Source: Octopus bimaculoides
Taxonomy: Eukaryota
NCBI RefSeq assembly: GCF_001194135.2
Contig: NC_068991.1
Coordinates: 47,673,555-47,737,554 of the forward strand
Length of the DNA stretch: 64,000 nucleotides
Reading direction: 5' to 3'
Numbering within the stretch: the first letter of the stretch is position 1; the number at the start of each line of letters is the position of its first letter. The translations under genes and the position numbers were made by a program. The notes beneath the pieces were generated by a model that saw only the letters and a program-made list of their open reading frames with translations, was not told the origin of the DNA and made no database searches. Of this stretch, positions 14,511 through 27,800 are shown one piece after another.

Positions 14511-15000
14511 TCACAGATGTATCACCTGAGAATTAATAAACCTGTTTATAAAAGCATCACTCGAGGATTAATTAGTATATGGTTATGTCTTCTCACAGAA
14601 ATGTTACCTGAGAATTAACATACCTGTTCATAGAAGTATCACCTGAGATTTAATTTTAGAAGATAGCTATGTGTTCTCATAGAAATGTTATCTGAGTATT
14701 AATATACCAGTTCACAGAATTATCACCTGACAATTAATTTCTTACAGAAATATTACCTGAAGATTTAGATAGTTGTTTACAGGAATATCTCCTGAAAATT
14801 TGTTAGTAAATAACTATACCTGCTTACAAAATTATCACCTGAGTATTTGTTAGTAGTTAACTTATACTTGCTCACAAAAATATTACCTGGAGATTCATAT
14901 ACATTCTTAGAGAAAACTGGTTGAGACTTCCTATACATTTTCAGTGGAACATCACCTGAAAAATTTTTGGTAAATAACTATACCTGCTCACTGGAGTTTA
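14510..15000. repeat. Degenerate minisatellite, core (at)acctgctcacagaaatatcacctgagaatt
   Basis: about a dozen diverged recurrences of tatcacctga/ttacctga with variable spacers. Confidence 0.7.
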
Positions 15001-15289
15001 TTGCCTGAAGAGTTATTAGACAACTAAACTTAAAATTAAACTAAATATTAAAATTATACAGGAAAGGTCTTGATTTGGGATATGTTTGTATGTTGTGTAA
15101 TGAAGAAAGAGGATGTAATGTTTTAGGATTGAGAGAGGGAGAGAGAGAGAGAGGGGGGAGAGGGAGAGAGAGAGGGAGGGAGAGAGGGAGAGGGAGAGGG
15201 ATAAAGCGAGAACAATGTTGATAACTAATATCAGACAAAGGAGGAGTCATAAACTATCACAACTATTTTTATTACTAGGATGGCAAGCT

Positions 15290-15950
15290 TGGTAGAATTG
15301 TCAGTGCATTGGACAAAATGCTGGGTGGCATTTCTTCTAATTCTTCATGTTCTGAGTTCATATTAAGCTGAGGTCGATTTTGCCTTTTATCCTTTCAGGC
15401 TCAATAAAATAAGTACCAACTGAGCTCCAGGAACAATATAATCAACTTAGTCCCCAGCTCTAAAGTTGCTGTCTTTGTGTCAAAATTTGAAACCATTATT
15501 ACTATTAGAATTAAGTGTCAAGTTGGTAGAATCATTAGCATGCCAGACAAAATGCTTAGTGGCATTTCTTTTGTTTCCTTATGTTCTGGGTTCAAATTCC
15601 ATTGAGACTGACTTTGCCTTTCATCCTAGATAAAATAAACACCAATTGAGTACTAGGGTTGATGTAATCATCTAGCCCCCTTCCCCAGAAGTTCTGGCCT
15701 TGTACCTATAATAGAAAGGATTATTATAATTAAGGTGGTGAGTTGGCAAAATTGCTAGTATGTTACAAAATGTGAAGTGGCATATCTTCTGGCTCTTTAA
15801 CTTCTGAGTTCAAACCCCATTGAAGTCAGCTTTACTTCATCCTTTTGGAGGTTGCTAAATACAGTACCAGTCAAGTAATTGGGTCAATGTAATCAACTAA
15901 TCCCACCCACTAAATTTTGCTGACCTTGCATCAACATTTGAACCCATAAT
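15290..15950 (+). mobile_element. Three tandem family-C SINE copies, opposite orientation to 11.7-13 kb cluster
   Basis: ggcaagcttggtagaatt..tgagttca..tttgccttt..aaaataagtacca repeated at ~15290, 15520, 15735. Confidence 0.75.
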
Positions 15951-17808
15951 TATCATTATTATCATTACTTCATTCTATTTTATGTTTATTTGTATGATAT
16001 CAGAGTAGACATGTTTGTAAATAAATAAATGTGTGTATGTTAAGTTACAAACTTAGTCAAAGATACATTGTTTCAGTACATTGGTAAACAAATATTATAG
16101 AGTATTGTATATCATACATTATATATATCACACATGATCATGTGACCGATCAGACTGTCAGGTGTTGTTATACATCGTTGGTCACAATGCACTTTTGCAT
16201 TGTTTAAGCCTTCAAATGATGCCACCCTGCTGGCCAGGTGAGCAGGCTAACATTTCCCCTGATCAAAGGGGGACAGGTGCAATGTGAAATGAAGTGTTTT
16301 GCTCAAGAACACAATGCACCACCCAGTCAGGGAATTGAACCCACAATCTACAGATCGTGAGTGCAACGGCCTAACCACTATATATATAAAACAAGGGATA
16401 GAAATGGAAAATGGAATACACGGGAAATTTTATTGCTCACAACAATTGTTTCGACACATCTTGCATCGATCCCTCATGGGTGGAAAACTTAACAACTAGC
16501 ATCCCTTGGTGCAGAAGCAATTACACAATTGTATAATTATTGTGGATAATGCCAGGTAGCCATAAGTAGTGAACATGCTTTATTGGCGTACTACTAGGAA
16601 CATACCTAAATACTTAAATATTGATTTACATACATACATACATATACTCTTTTACTCATTTCAGTCATTTGACTGCAGCCATGCTGGAGCACCACCTTCA
16701 GTCGAGCAAATCGACCCCAGGACTTATTCTTTGTAAGCCCAGTACTTATTCTGTCGGTCTCTTTTGCTGAACCGCTAACTTACGGGGGACGTAAACAAAC
16801 CAGCATCGGTTGTCAAGCGATGTTGGGGGGACAANNNNNNNNNNNNNNNNNNNNNNNNNNNNNNNNNNNNNNNNNNNNNNNNNNNNNNNNNNNNNNNNNN
16901 NNNNNNNNNNNNNNNNNNNNNNNNNNNNNNNNNNNNNNNNNNNNNNNNNNNNNNNNNNNNNNNNNNNNNNNNNNNNNNNNNNNNNNNNNNNNNNNNNNNN
17001 NNNNNNNNNNNNNNNNNNNNNNNNNNNNNNNNNNNNNNNNNNNNNNNNNNNNNNNNNNNNNNNNNNNNNNNNNNNNNNNNNNNNNNNNNNNNNNNNNNNN
17101 NNNNNNNNNNNNNNNNNNNNNNNNNNNNNNNNNNNNNNNNNNNNNNNNNNNNNNNNNNNNNNNNNNNNNNNNNNNNNNNNNNNNNNNNNNNNNNNNNNNN
17201 NNNNNNNNNNNNNNNNNNNNNNNNNNNNNNNNNNNNNNNNNNNNNNNNNNNNNNNNNNNNNNNNNNNNNNNNNNNNNNNNNNNNNNNNNNNNNNNNNNNN
17301 NNNNNNNNNNNNNNNNNNNNNNNNNNNNNNNNNNNCCACTTGGCTGAAACACATAAATAAATAAATAAATAAATAAATAAAAATATATATATGCACACAC
17401 ACACATGTTGGCAGAAATATCCTGAGGTGTTTGTTTTGACTTGGCGCATTTTGAGTTCAAATCCTTTCATCCTTTTGATGTCAATAAACTACGGTACCAG
17501 TCTATATACTGAGGTCAACAGAATTGACTACCCCTCACTCTCCTCAAAATTGTACCAAAATCAGAAGCCATTATATATGACCTGTACTGTAGTATTTATA
17601 TATCTATGTTGTCCTCAGTGCCAAATTTATAGGGTGTATGTGTGTGTGTGTGCGTATGTATTAGATACCTTTACATCATGATGCAAAGGCATCTAACAAA
17701 ATATAAAAAAAGGTTACATCATAACATTCTTGCATAGGTTCTTTAGCTTGTTTTAACCAAGCACAGCTAAGGCCAAGCTAGAGCACTATCATCAATATAT
17801 ATATGTGT

Positions 17809-17841
<33 letters not shown>

Positions 17842-18667
17842 CATACATACATACATACATACATACATACCATTAAAACTATGAGAAAACATTGGCTTTC
17901 ACATCATAACATTTTCGTGCATGTTCTTTAGCTTGTTTTAGCAAGTACAGCCAAGGCCATGCTACAGCACTACTGTCTATATGGACACCATTAAAACTGT
18001 GAGAAAACAGTGGCTGTGTAACTGAATGGAACTTTTTTTTTTTAAATGGCAAAGAATGAAGAAATGAGGAATTATGCTAACTTTTATAAAAATTGAAACA
18101 GAAAAGGTAAGAAAAAATGCTGAGGTAAACGTGATCTATATCAATTACTATTACATTTCCCCTTCTCTCCATTCTATAATTGTTTCCAGGGGATATAGCT
18201 GGTACTGTACCTTGGCAACATACAGTGAGAGGGGTGTCAAAGTAATAAAGAAGTTGGTGGGATTAGATCCGAGGATGAAGTAGAACCTACAGGAAGCAGA
18301 GGGATCAGGTTAGTGGTTGGAAAGGGATGCCAAAAAATAAATTTACAAAACAAACAAAAATTAAATATAGCCTAAAGAAAAAGGATTAGTGAAAAAATAG
18401 TGGGGTTAGTAATTAATAAAAAAAAAGATAGCAAACACAAAAATGGGACACAAAAAGATTTATGATGAAGTTTGTAGATACAGTCATGGTGGTGGAATTG
18501 AATTGATAAATCCAGACAGACAGGGAAGATAAATAAAATGAAACTCTGGAAATGAAAAACAGCGGAAAATCTGAGTAGATTCGTTATAAGGAAACTAGTG
18601 ATTTGGTATGTTATCTATTTATTGCTTATCCAGCTTTTGAATAAAATCAATATTTATTGTATTGAAC

Positions 18668-18719
<52 letters not shown>

Positions 18720-18723
18720 TATA

Positions 18724-18955
18724 TTACTCTTTTTATTTGTTTCAGTCATTTGACTGTTGCCATGCTGGAGCACCGACTTTAGTCGAAGAAATCAACCCCA
18801 GGACTTATTCATTGTAAGCCTGGTACTTATTCTATCGGTCTCTTTTGCCGAACCGCTAGATTATGGGGACGTAAACACACCAGCATCGGTTGTCAAGCGA
18901 TGTTGGGGGACAAACACAGACACACAAACATATACACACATATACATATATATAC

Positions 18956-18992
<37 letters not shown>

Positions 18993-19163
18993 CATATATA
19001 CGACGGGCTTCTTTCAATTTCCATCTACCAAATCCACTCACAAGGCTTTGGTTGGCCTGAGGCTATAGTAGAAGACACTTGCCCAAGGTGTCACCAGTGG
19101 GACTGAACCCAGAACCATGTGGTTGGTAAGCAAGCTACGTACCACACAGCCACTCCTGTGCCT
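18724..19163 (-). mobile_element. Full-length tRNA-derived SINE (family A) with internal (TA/CA)n
   Basis: head rc: aggcacaggagtggctgtgtggta..ggttctgggttcagtccca; tail gaaacaaataaaaagagtaa. Near-identical copies 24086-24484, 30046-30455, 57045-57355, 16645-16834 (gap-truncated); plus-strand copies ~39350-39630, 45110-45300, 50420-50570, 57540-57860. Confidence 0.85.
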
Positions 19164-20677
19164 ATGTATATGTCTATATATATATATATATCATCATCAT
19201 CCTTTAACGTCTGCTTTCTATGCAGGGATGGGTTGGATGGTTTTAATAGGAGCTGACAAGCTGAAGGGCTGTTTAGGTTCCCTGTCTGACTTGGCATGGT
19301 TTCTACAGCTGGATGCTATTTCTTAACATCAACCACTTTGCAGAATGTACTGGATGCTTTTATGCAGCACCAGCACAGGTGCTTTTTATGTGGGCACCAG
19401 TGCCTATGAGCCCGCAAGATTAGGGATGCCCAGCTGGAGAGGGTTGCAGGGGATGAGCCTCTATGCAAGGGCAACCATACTTTTACTTAGCTTGACATGT
19501 CTTTATACACACACACAATCAAGTTGTGGATTAACAATGCATCGTCACTACACAAATAAAGAATATTTGTCCACCAAATGCAGTGTTCATTCTCACTGTT
19601 CGATACACACACACACACAAATATATATATATATATATACATATAAATATATATATACATATATACCCAAATGCAGGTTTCCAAGCAATCATAATGGTGA
19701 AACATACATTGTGACTGATATATAATACTGTGTTTATCTTAATTTCTGTCTCACACACACACTATGTGTTATTTAGTATAGTTTGACTCATCTCCAGGCA
19801 GCTTAAAGATTTGCAGGCCTCTAACAGAAACCCATCTCCTTCAGGCTTAGATTATCGAATGCAAGCATGGAAAAGTAGACATTATACATATATATGTATA
19901 CGTATATATATATATATATATATATATATATNNNNNNNNNNNNNNNNNNNNNNNNNNNNNNNNNNNNNNNNNNNNNNNNNNNNNNNNNNNNNNNNNNNNN
20001 NNNNNNNNNNNNNNNNNNNNNNNNNNNNTTTGGTAGTTTTTTTACTTATTTAGTCCCTCGATAGCGTGAGGCATTAATACACAGTTAATGCCCTTTATAT
20101 ATAATTATATATATATATATATATATATATAATCATATCATATATCTTCATTGTTTTAATGTTTACTTTTCCAATGCTTGCATCAGTTGAGTGGAGTTCA
20201 TTGAGGAAAATTTTCTATGGCTGGATGCTCTTCCTGTCACCAACTTACCAGTTTCCAAGCAACATAATATTTTCCCTATGGCTAGATGTGCTTTTCACAA
20301 AAGACTGGAAAGAAACTACATTGCTTGTATGAGACTGATGTTTGCATACAACTACCACGTGATGTCAAGGCAAGGATACACATGCACAGGCACACACACA
20401 CAAATACATTTATATGTATGTGTATGTATATATGTATGTGTGTTTGTGTGTACCCTTGTATTGTGTATTAGAGGTATGCAATATATCATAAGTAGGTAGA
20501 TAATCAATGTACAAAATATATAGGTAGTACATACTTTATGCTATAATACCTAGTGTATAGTAATATATGCCACAAATACTGTATGAAGCAGGTAAGTAAT
20601 TTGATAATGAGTTCAACATGTAGATAGATAAATAATATATTAAACATGTAGGTAGGTAGGTAGATAGATATATTGGA

Positions 20678-20765
20678 TATGTAGGTAGTTAAATATGTTG
20701 AACATGCAGGTAGTTAAATGTGTTGAACATGCAGATAGTTAAATGTGTTGAACATGTAGGTATGT
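20678..20765. repeat. 25-bp minisatellite (gaacatgcaggtagttaaatgtgtt)x~3.5
   Basis: direct tandem copies read in sequence. Confidence 0.8.
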
Positions 20766-21294
20766 ATGTAATATGTAGATCAATAAACTATTTCTAGGTA
20801 ACATACTAAATAACATGTAATATTCAGACATGTATAACTATATGACGAGCTGTGCGCCTAGACTAAGGAAACGTTAGGAGAGGAAGATCTATGAAAGTAT
20901 ATATCCAATCTCTGCACTCAATACTAAACTATTTTCGAGGGGAGGTAACAGAACAAACAAAAATATAAAAAGATAAAAAATCAACATAAAACAAATATAC
21001 AAAAATTCTACAAAATTCATAATAATTAAGGGAAAATTAATTAATCTAAATTTCATGCAGAAAGTAGTGAATATAATTAATTTAACTCAACAAGTTAGGT
21101 TTTGTCAAAGATTAAAAAAAAAAAAAAAATTCTACATTAGATTGTGCACATAACACGGAAAGTGCATGTTGATCATACAATATTGCTATTTTCATGGAGT
21201 TTTTCTAATTGGATAAGATCAATATGAGTGTGAAGAGAACTGCACTAAGAGTGAAGAAGTATTACTAGGTACTTCACAAGGTACCTGAAACATG

Positions 21295-21410
21295 TTACTG
21301 GTCCATTGTTACTGAACGATAGAGCACTTTGTGTGGAATATCCAGAGAAGGGTGCTGTTGAAGCAATGCTTGAGATTCTTCAGAAGAAGATGTTGGTAGC
21401 TGAGTTGTAG
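21295..21410 (-). CDS. PLEKHD1: Probable last coding exon (TTQLPTSSSEESQALLQQHPSLDIPHKVLYRSVTMDQ*)
   Basis: acceptor tctcttgtAG, phase 1 matches previous exon, open to TAA at 21297-21295; no recognisable homology, so supported by splice logic only. Confidence 0.65.
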
Positions 21411-21745
21411 CTACAAGAGATAGTCACAGTTATAAACAAGGCTTCTCTCATCCAGAAGAGCAAGCATTACATACATACACACACACACAGCAAGTTCACA
21501 CAAAACACACATATATACAAAGAAATAAATACATACCATTAATTTAATTTTACTTCACTTATTCACACATGTACATACATTCACACATATAAACAGGAAC
21601 AAATAAAAAGATATTTATTTTAGTCTACAGGTTAGGTAAAAGATCCTTCAAAATTAACGTAGCGTGAAAATACAATTGTCTAAAAATCCATGAATCAGAG
21701 AGAAAAAAAAAAAAGGAACTCATACACTGGTTAACAGAGTGTGTA

Positions 21746-21800
<55 letters not shown>

Positions 21801-22376
21801 AAAACACAATGTTATATTTTCATAACTGTCAGTTTACCAATCAGCTTCATATAAGGAGTTGAGAAGCAACTCTGGCAACAAGATAGATTGAAAAGAATGG
21901 AATGGCATGGACTTTTGCAGATGATTGCTGGTATGAAATGAATTGCTAAATTGGCTGTCATGAGAATATATTAAATTTTATTAATAGTAATAATATATAT
22001 AATGTATGTATAGTGTTTTATTGAATCTGTAAAACTGACAAACTTACTCAGGTTTTCATAAAACTGAACATCAGACAAAGCTTCCATTAGATTTGAAAAG
22101 CCATAATTCCTTGTCCAAATCAGCTTTAAATGCTTATTTGATGAGTTACCAAATAATTATCACTGCACTGTTTATAAGCATTCCTAAACCTTTGTATAGC
22201 TCAAAAGTTCACTTTTGTCTGATAATTGGTTATATGAAACTCTGAGTAACAGTTTGTGAAGTTTTTCTGCTGCAATAGAATAGTGTATTTTACTCTACTT
22301 TTGTTATTTGAATAATATTTTCTACACCAAGAGTTGCAACTATGTACTCACTTGTGTGTGTGTGTGTGTGTGCATG

Positions 22377-22407
<31 letters not shown>

Positions 22408-24815
22408 TACACATACACACACACACACAAAGAGTTTTGGAGTAGAATTTACCAAGAAATATTATTTTTCATCTGACTGATGGTGGCCTGTCCCTATGTC
22501 TCTTTAATTCTCTTGCAGGATTGAAAAAGATTTCTATTAAAGGTTTTCACCTTAATGAAGGACCCAATATCATACTTTACTGAAAGCCATCAGAAGAGCA
22601 CTTTTCTCTTTCCTCAGTTCTGCATTCATTGTGATATTTTCCAAAAAAACATTTGGAGGGTATAGAATACAGTTAGTTAAGACAAGAAGGAATAGCTTAC
22701 ATAATATTGCAATAGAATAACATGGTAATGGGAATTTACATTTTTTGCTGTCATTTCACCAATGACAAAGTTAATGCAAGAAACCCCCCCCCCCCCAGAT
22801 AAATCAATCTATGGTGGTTTTATTGATGTTATTGATTAGCATATCAGTTATCAACATTTAAAATGTAACCATCTTGTCTTTTATACAGACAACATATTTA
22901 GAATTACATTAACTAATGTGTCTTTCCTTTAAGACAGAAAAAATCTGGTAGATATTTCTAGCAGGTTGAATGACACTCTTCATTGACTCAAACAACCATA
23001 GAATTTGGGCTTTGTTGGCTCCAGTGATCCCACAAAGCTCCCTTGTTTATTTTATAGATGTTTACTGATAAGCAATATCTCCAATAGAACAGCATGAAAT
23101 TAAACCAGGGAGAAAAATATTATATTTCAGTTCCATCAAAGTAGTTTAATGTCCAAGTCAAGGTACTACAAATATTCAAAATATTTTCAGTTTAAAATAA
23201 TCGTTGGACACGATCATTTAAGGCATTTTTCACTCCCTTCAAATAGTATAACACTTTGACTAACAACTTCAAACTACCATATTTTAACATGTATAAGGAA
23301 CCCTCGTGTATAAAGTAACCCACTAATTTCGGGGGCTTAAAATTTGGAAAAAAAGGTTTTGTAAGGAGTTATAATACTATCCATGTATAAGAAGCTCCCA
23401 TATTTTTCGAACCTAATTTTTGACAAAAAACGGTTAAAATACGGTATATCATAAAGCCACACTCAGAAATTCACTATTACTAACTTAGAAAGCAAAAATA
23501 TTATATATTCTACTAAAAATTTTATGAGGTCTGATCAATAAGTATCCGGACTATTGCCAAGCACGCAGTGTGAAGCTGCTTGACGTTGAACACTGCTGTG
23601 AATGTGCACTAAGTTTTAATGTTCTAGCTCACTTCCCCTGTTTACAACAGTGCTTGGAAGGAAGGTGCATAGTGGGTGTTCGTCGCGTTGACCATGACAG
23701 AGAAAATTGTCATGGTGACACATGCTCAGAGGCCTACGCAAAGTTGCAGAAAGTGTATGAGTCACACACGGGTGTACGAATGGGTCAGACATTTCCAAGA
23801 CGGCCAGAAAAATGTTAATATAGATGAATGTTCTGGAAGACCCGCAACCAGCAGAACTGAGAAAAACATCACAGATGTGCATGCAGCTGTGAAGGGAAAT
23901 CGTTGAATCATCATTCGTGAGTTATCAGAAAATGTGTAGATTAGTTACAGTTCACTTCAGTCCATTATCACTGAAGATTTGGGTACGAGATGCATGCCTG
24001 CCAAGTTTGTGCCAAAACTGCTTTCAGCTAACTGAAAAGCCACTCAGATTTCAGTTGCACAAGATCGCCTTGATTGTGTCAAGAACTCTTACTCTTTTAC
24101 TTGTTTCAGTCATTTGAGTGTGGCCATGCTGGAGCACCGCCTTTAGTCGAGCAAATTGACCCCAGGACTTATTCTTCGTAAGCCTAGTACTTATTCTATC
24201 AGTCTCTTTTGCCGAACCGCTAAGTTACGGGGATGTAAACACACCAGCATCGGTTGTCAAGCGATGTTGGGGGGACAAACACAGACACACAAACACATAT
24301 ATATATATATATATACACATACATACGACGGACTTCTTTCAGCTTCCGTCTACCAAATCCACTCACAAGGCTTTGGTCGGCCCGAGGTTATAGTAGAAGA
24401 CACTTGCCCAAGGTGCCACGCAGTGGGACTGAACCCGGAACCATGTGGTTGGTAAGCAAGCTACTTACCACACAGCCACTCCTACGAACGATGAAAACTT
24501 TGCATAGGCGACACTCACACACTACATACCTTCCTTCCAAGCACTACTGTAAATAGTGGAAGTGAGCTAGAACGTCAAAACTTAGTGCGAGTGGCTTTAG
24601 ATTGTGTACTTTAGCTTTGTTACTAAGACAACAGTCCGGATTCTTATTGATCAGACCACGTATATATAAAAATACTGTAAATAATCTCAAGGGAAAAGAC
24701 TTTCTATTGCAATGATTTTTAAATCGATCTGCAAAGTTGGAGTTATCTCCCTGTATCAGAAAATTACAGATTGCAATGGAAAAAATTCTTTTGGTGGGGA
24801 AGTGATACTTTCAAC

Positions 24816-24861
<46 letters not shown>

Positions 24862-27800
24862 TTCATGGAATGATATTAGCCAAAATCATCCTTGAATATC
24901 TATATTGCAAAATCCCATGTACTATAACTTTTTCCATCAAAACTAAGATGGAGTTAGGCTGCAAAATTTTTTCACCAACCACTATGACAGTTTTGGTCCC
25001 CAAATCTAACATTATACACAACGTATCACACAAAATTTTACAGTTAAGTGCAAATGTGTTTTTAAAAATAATATATAATAATACCGTTGATAATATGTAT
25101 TGATAATAACAATGATGATGTTGATAATATAACTTACTACATGATCTTCTTCTCTTTTCAAATTTTAGTGTATTTGCCTTCCTTGTTAGTGTTTTCCGAG
25201 CATGGACCATATTTTTTATCACAACTGGTTTGTTGGCGTCAATCTTGGATTCTGCTGCAAGATCCTCAAAGAAAGCTGCAAAAGGGAAATAATATACAGG
25301 TGATTATACTCAGGTTCAAGTTCAAATGGTTCTTGTGTCTTAAGTATTTCTTGAAAGGTAAATTTCAAGTAAATCTTGAAAGGTTGAATTTTCAACTTAT
25401 AACTTATGTGAAAGGTTACGACCGGTGTCTTGGCAGAAAAGTGTATTATCATCTGGAAAGTAATAATTTACTTCCAGCAGAACAGAAAGGATGTAGTGGA
25501 TCATGTAGGACAACTAAAAACCAGTTTTTAGTTGGTAAAATAGTGATCAGAAATTACAGATGCAGATTGATGGGATTAGATGTAGCATGGTTGCATTATA
25601 AAAAAAGCATATGGTATGATGTTGCACACGTGGAGGCGCAATGGCCCAGTGGTTAGGGCAGCAGACTCGCGGTCGGAGGATTGCGGTTTCGTTGTGTGTG
25701 TTTATTGAGTGAAACACCTAAGCTCCACGAGGCTCCGGCAGGGGGTGGTGGTGACCCCTGTTGTACTCTTTCGCCCTAACTTTCTCTCACTATTTCTTCC
25801 TGTTTCTTGAGTAGCGCTGCGATGGACTGGCGTCCCGTCCAACTGGGGGGGGGGACACACATAAACGCCTTAGAAACTGGGCCCATGAGCCTGGCTAGGC
25901 TTTGAAAGTGCGAAAAAGAAAAAGAAAAATGATGTTGCACAGTTGGATAAGTAAAACAATGAGGCTATTTACATTGGTAGAAAATATGGAGAAAATCATC
26001 AATGGAAGTATGAAACAGAGTAATGAATTTATTGGAGGGAAACAAAAACTTGGGATGGTGAACATCAGACATGGTACATTGTAAGGTGATAACCTATCTC
26101 TATTACTATATTTATTGGCTATGATACTGCTTAATTTGGTATAATGGTAAGTCAAAATAGCAAATGACTTTAGGAAAAGGGTATGGTCAGATAAATCATC
26201 TATTCATGGATGATTTTAAAACTTTATATGAAAAACAAGCAGCTGCAAAGTATTGTATATACTGCTTGTATTTTCTTGAATGATGTAGAAACGGAATTCA
26301 GGGTTGAAAAGTGTGCTGTTTTGATAATGAAATAGGGAAGATTTGAAGGAGGCAAAGGAATTGAAATGCCAAATGGACAAACAATGAAATCTGTTGAGAA
26401 AACTGGAGGTAGATAAAATAAAACATGAAGAGATGAAGCAAATTACTTATGGGGCATATACAATGAGAGTGAAGAAAATATTATAGTCAAGGTTGAATTC
26501 AAGAAATGTTATTGAAGTGATTAATTCAAGAGCAGTGCCAGTTATCAGATATGGCAATGGAATCATGGATTGGACAAAAAGTAAGATGCAGAAACTTGAC
26601 ATAAAAACCAGAAAGCTGTTGATTATATATAAAGCCCACCATCTGAAAGCTGATATTAATTGGTTGTACATGAAGAGGGATACCAAGTTGGAAGAGGCTT
26701 AATTGGTGTTGAAGAGTGTGTGTAGATGGAACTAGACAGATTACTAGATTATTTGCTGAACAGTACTAAAGTGTTACTAAAGGCAGTGAATAAAGAACAG
26801 GTGATCAAGACAGGAAAAAGAGAAAAGGACAATAATGAAATTCAATGAGAATATGTTAAGTATATTGATGAGAAACCTTTGCATGATCAGTTTTGGAAAG
26901 CCACTGAAGATGTATGAGGAAAAAAATCCTGGGCTTGGTTGGAAAAGGGGCAATTGAAAAAAACAAAAAAAACAGTCTTATTATAGCTGCTCAAGATCAA
27001 ATACTGCAAACAAACAACTTGAGAAAATATATATTGGGATAAGGTGTTGGAAAAATGAAGAGGATGTGAAATTTGGGATGAAATAATGGCACACATTGTT
27101 GCAAAATGCCCCAAGTTGGCCCAAGGAAAATGTAAAAAATAAAGACATGATCAAACTGTAAAAGTTTTACACTGGAAGCTTTGTCCGAAATGGAGGTTTG
27201 GTGCAGAAAGTTCATGGTATAATCATTAGGTGGAAAGAGTACTTGAGTTGGCAACATGCAAAATTTTTGTGGGATTTTCTCATTTAAATGGATAAGAAGA
27301 TAGAATGCAACAAGCCAGATATTACAGAAATAGACAAGGAAACTCGAATTTGCTCACTAATTGATCCATTATATCCATTTGAAACTAGGATTGTGAAGAA
27401 AGCAAATGAAAAGTTGAAAAAAATACAACACTTTAAAATTTGAGATTGTGAGGAATTAGAACATGAAATCTATAAAGATTGGACCTGTGATAATTGGTGC
27501 ATTAGGAACTGTAATTGATGAAAGAGGTAAATGGTTGAAGGAGACTAAAATAGAATATCCTGTAGAATTTCTACAGAAAGATCATCAGAAGAGTTTTGAG
27601 CACTTGATGGCTTAGTGAAATCATGTGGATATATTTAGGTTACAGGCAGTAACATCATTACCCCCATAATATTCTACCAGGAATAGGACCAATCCTGTGT
27701 CAAGTCAAATTATAATAATTATTACAAAAATAATAATGAGGTTAGTGTATACAAATGTAGAGAGATATAGAAAATTAATATTTTAGAATAACAACAGTAA

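Noticed and set aside
16746-17470. Long ORFs dominated by X (also 50497-51175, 53622-53984, 58506-59058)
   Set aside because: Artefacts of translating through N-gaps and microsatellites.
20840-20878. atgacgag...gaaacgttag, hammerhead-like words
   Set aside because: First box lacks C3, no convincing stem II or stem I pairing.
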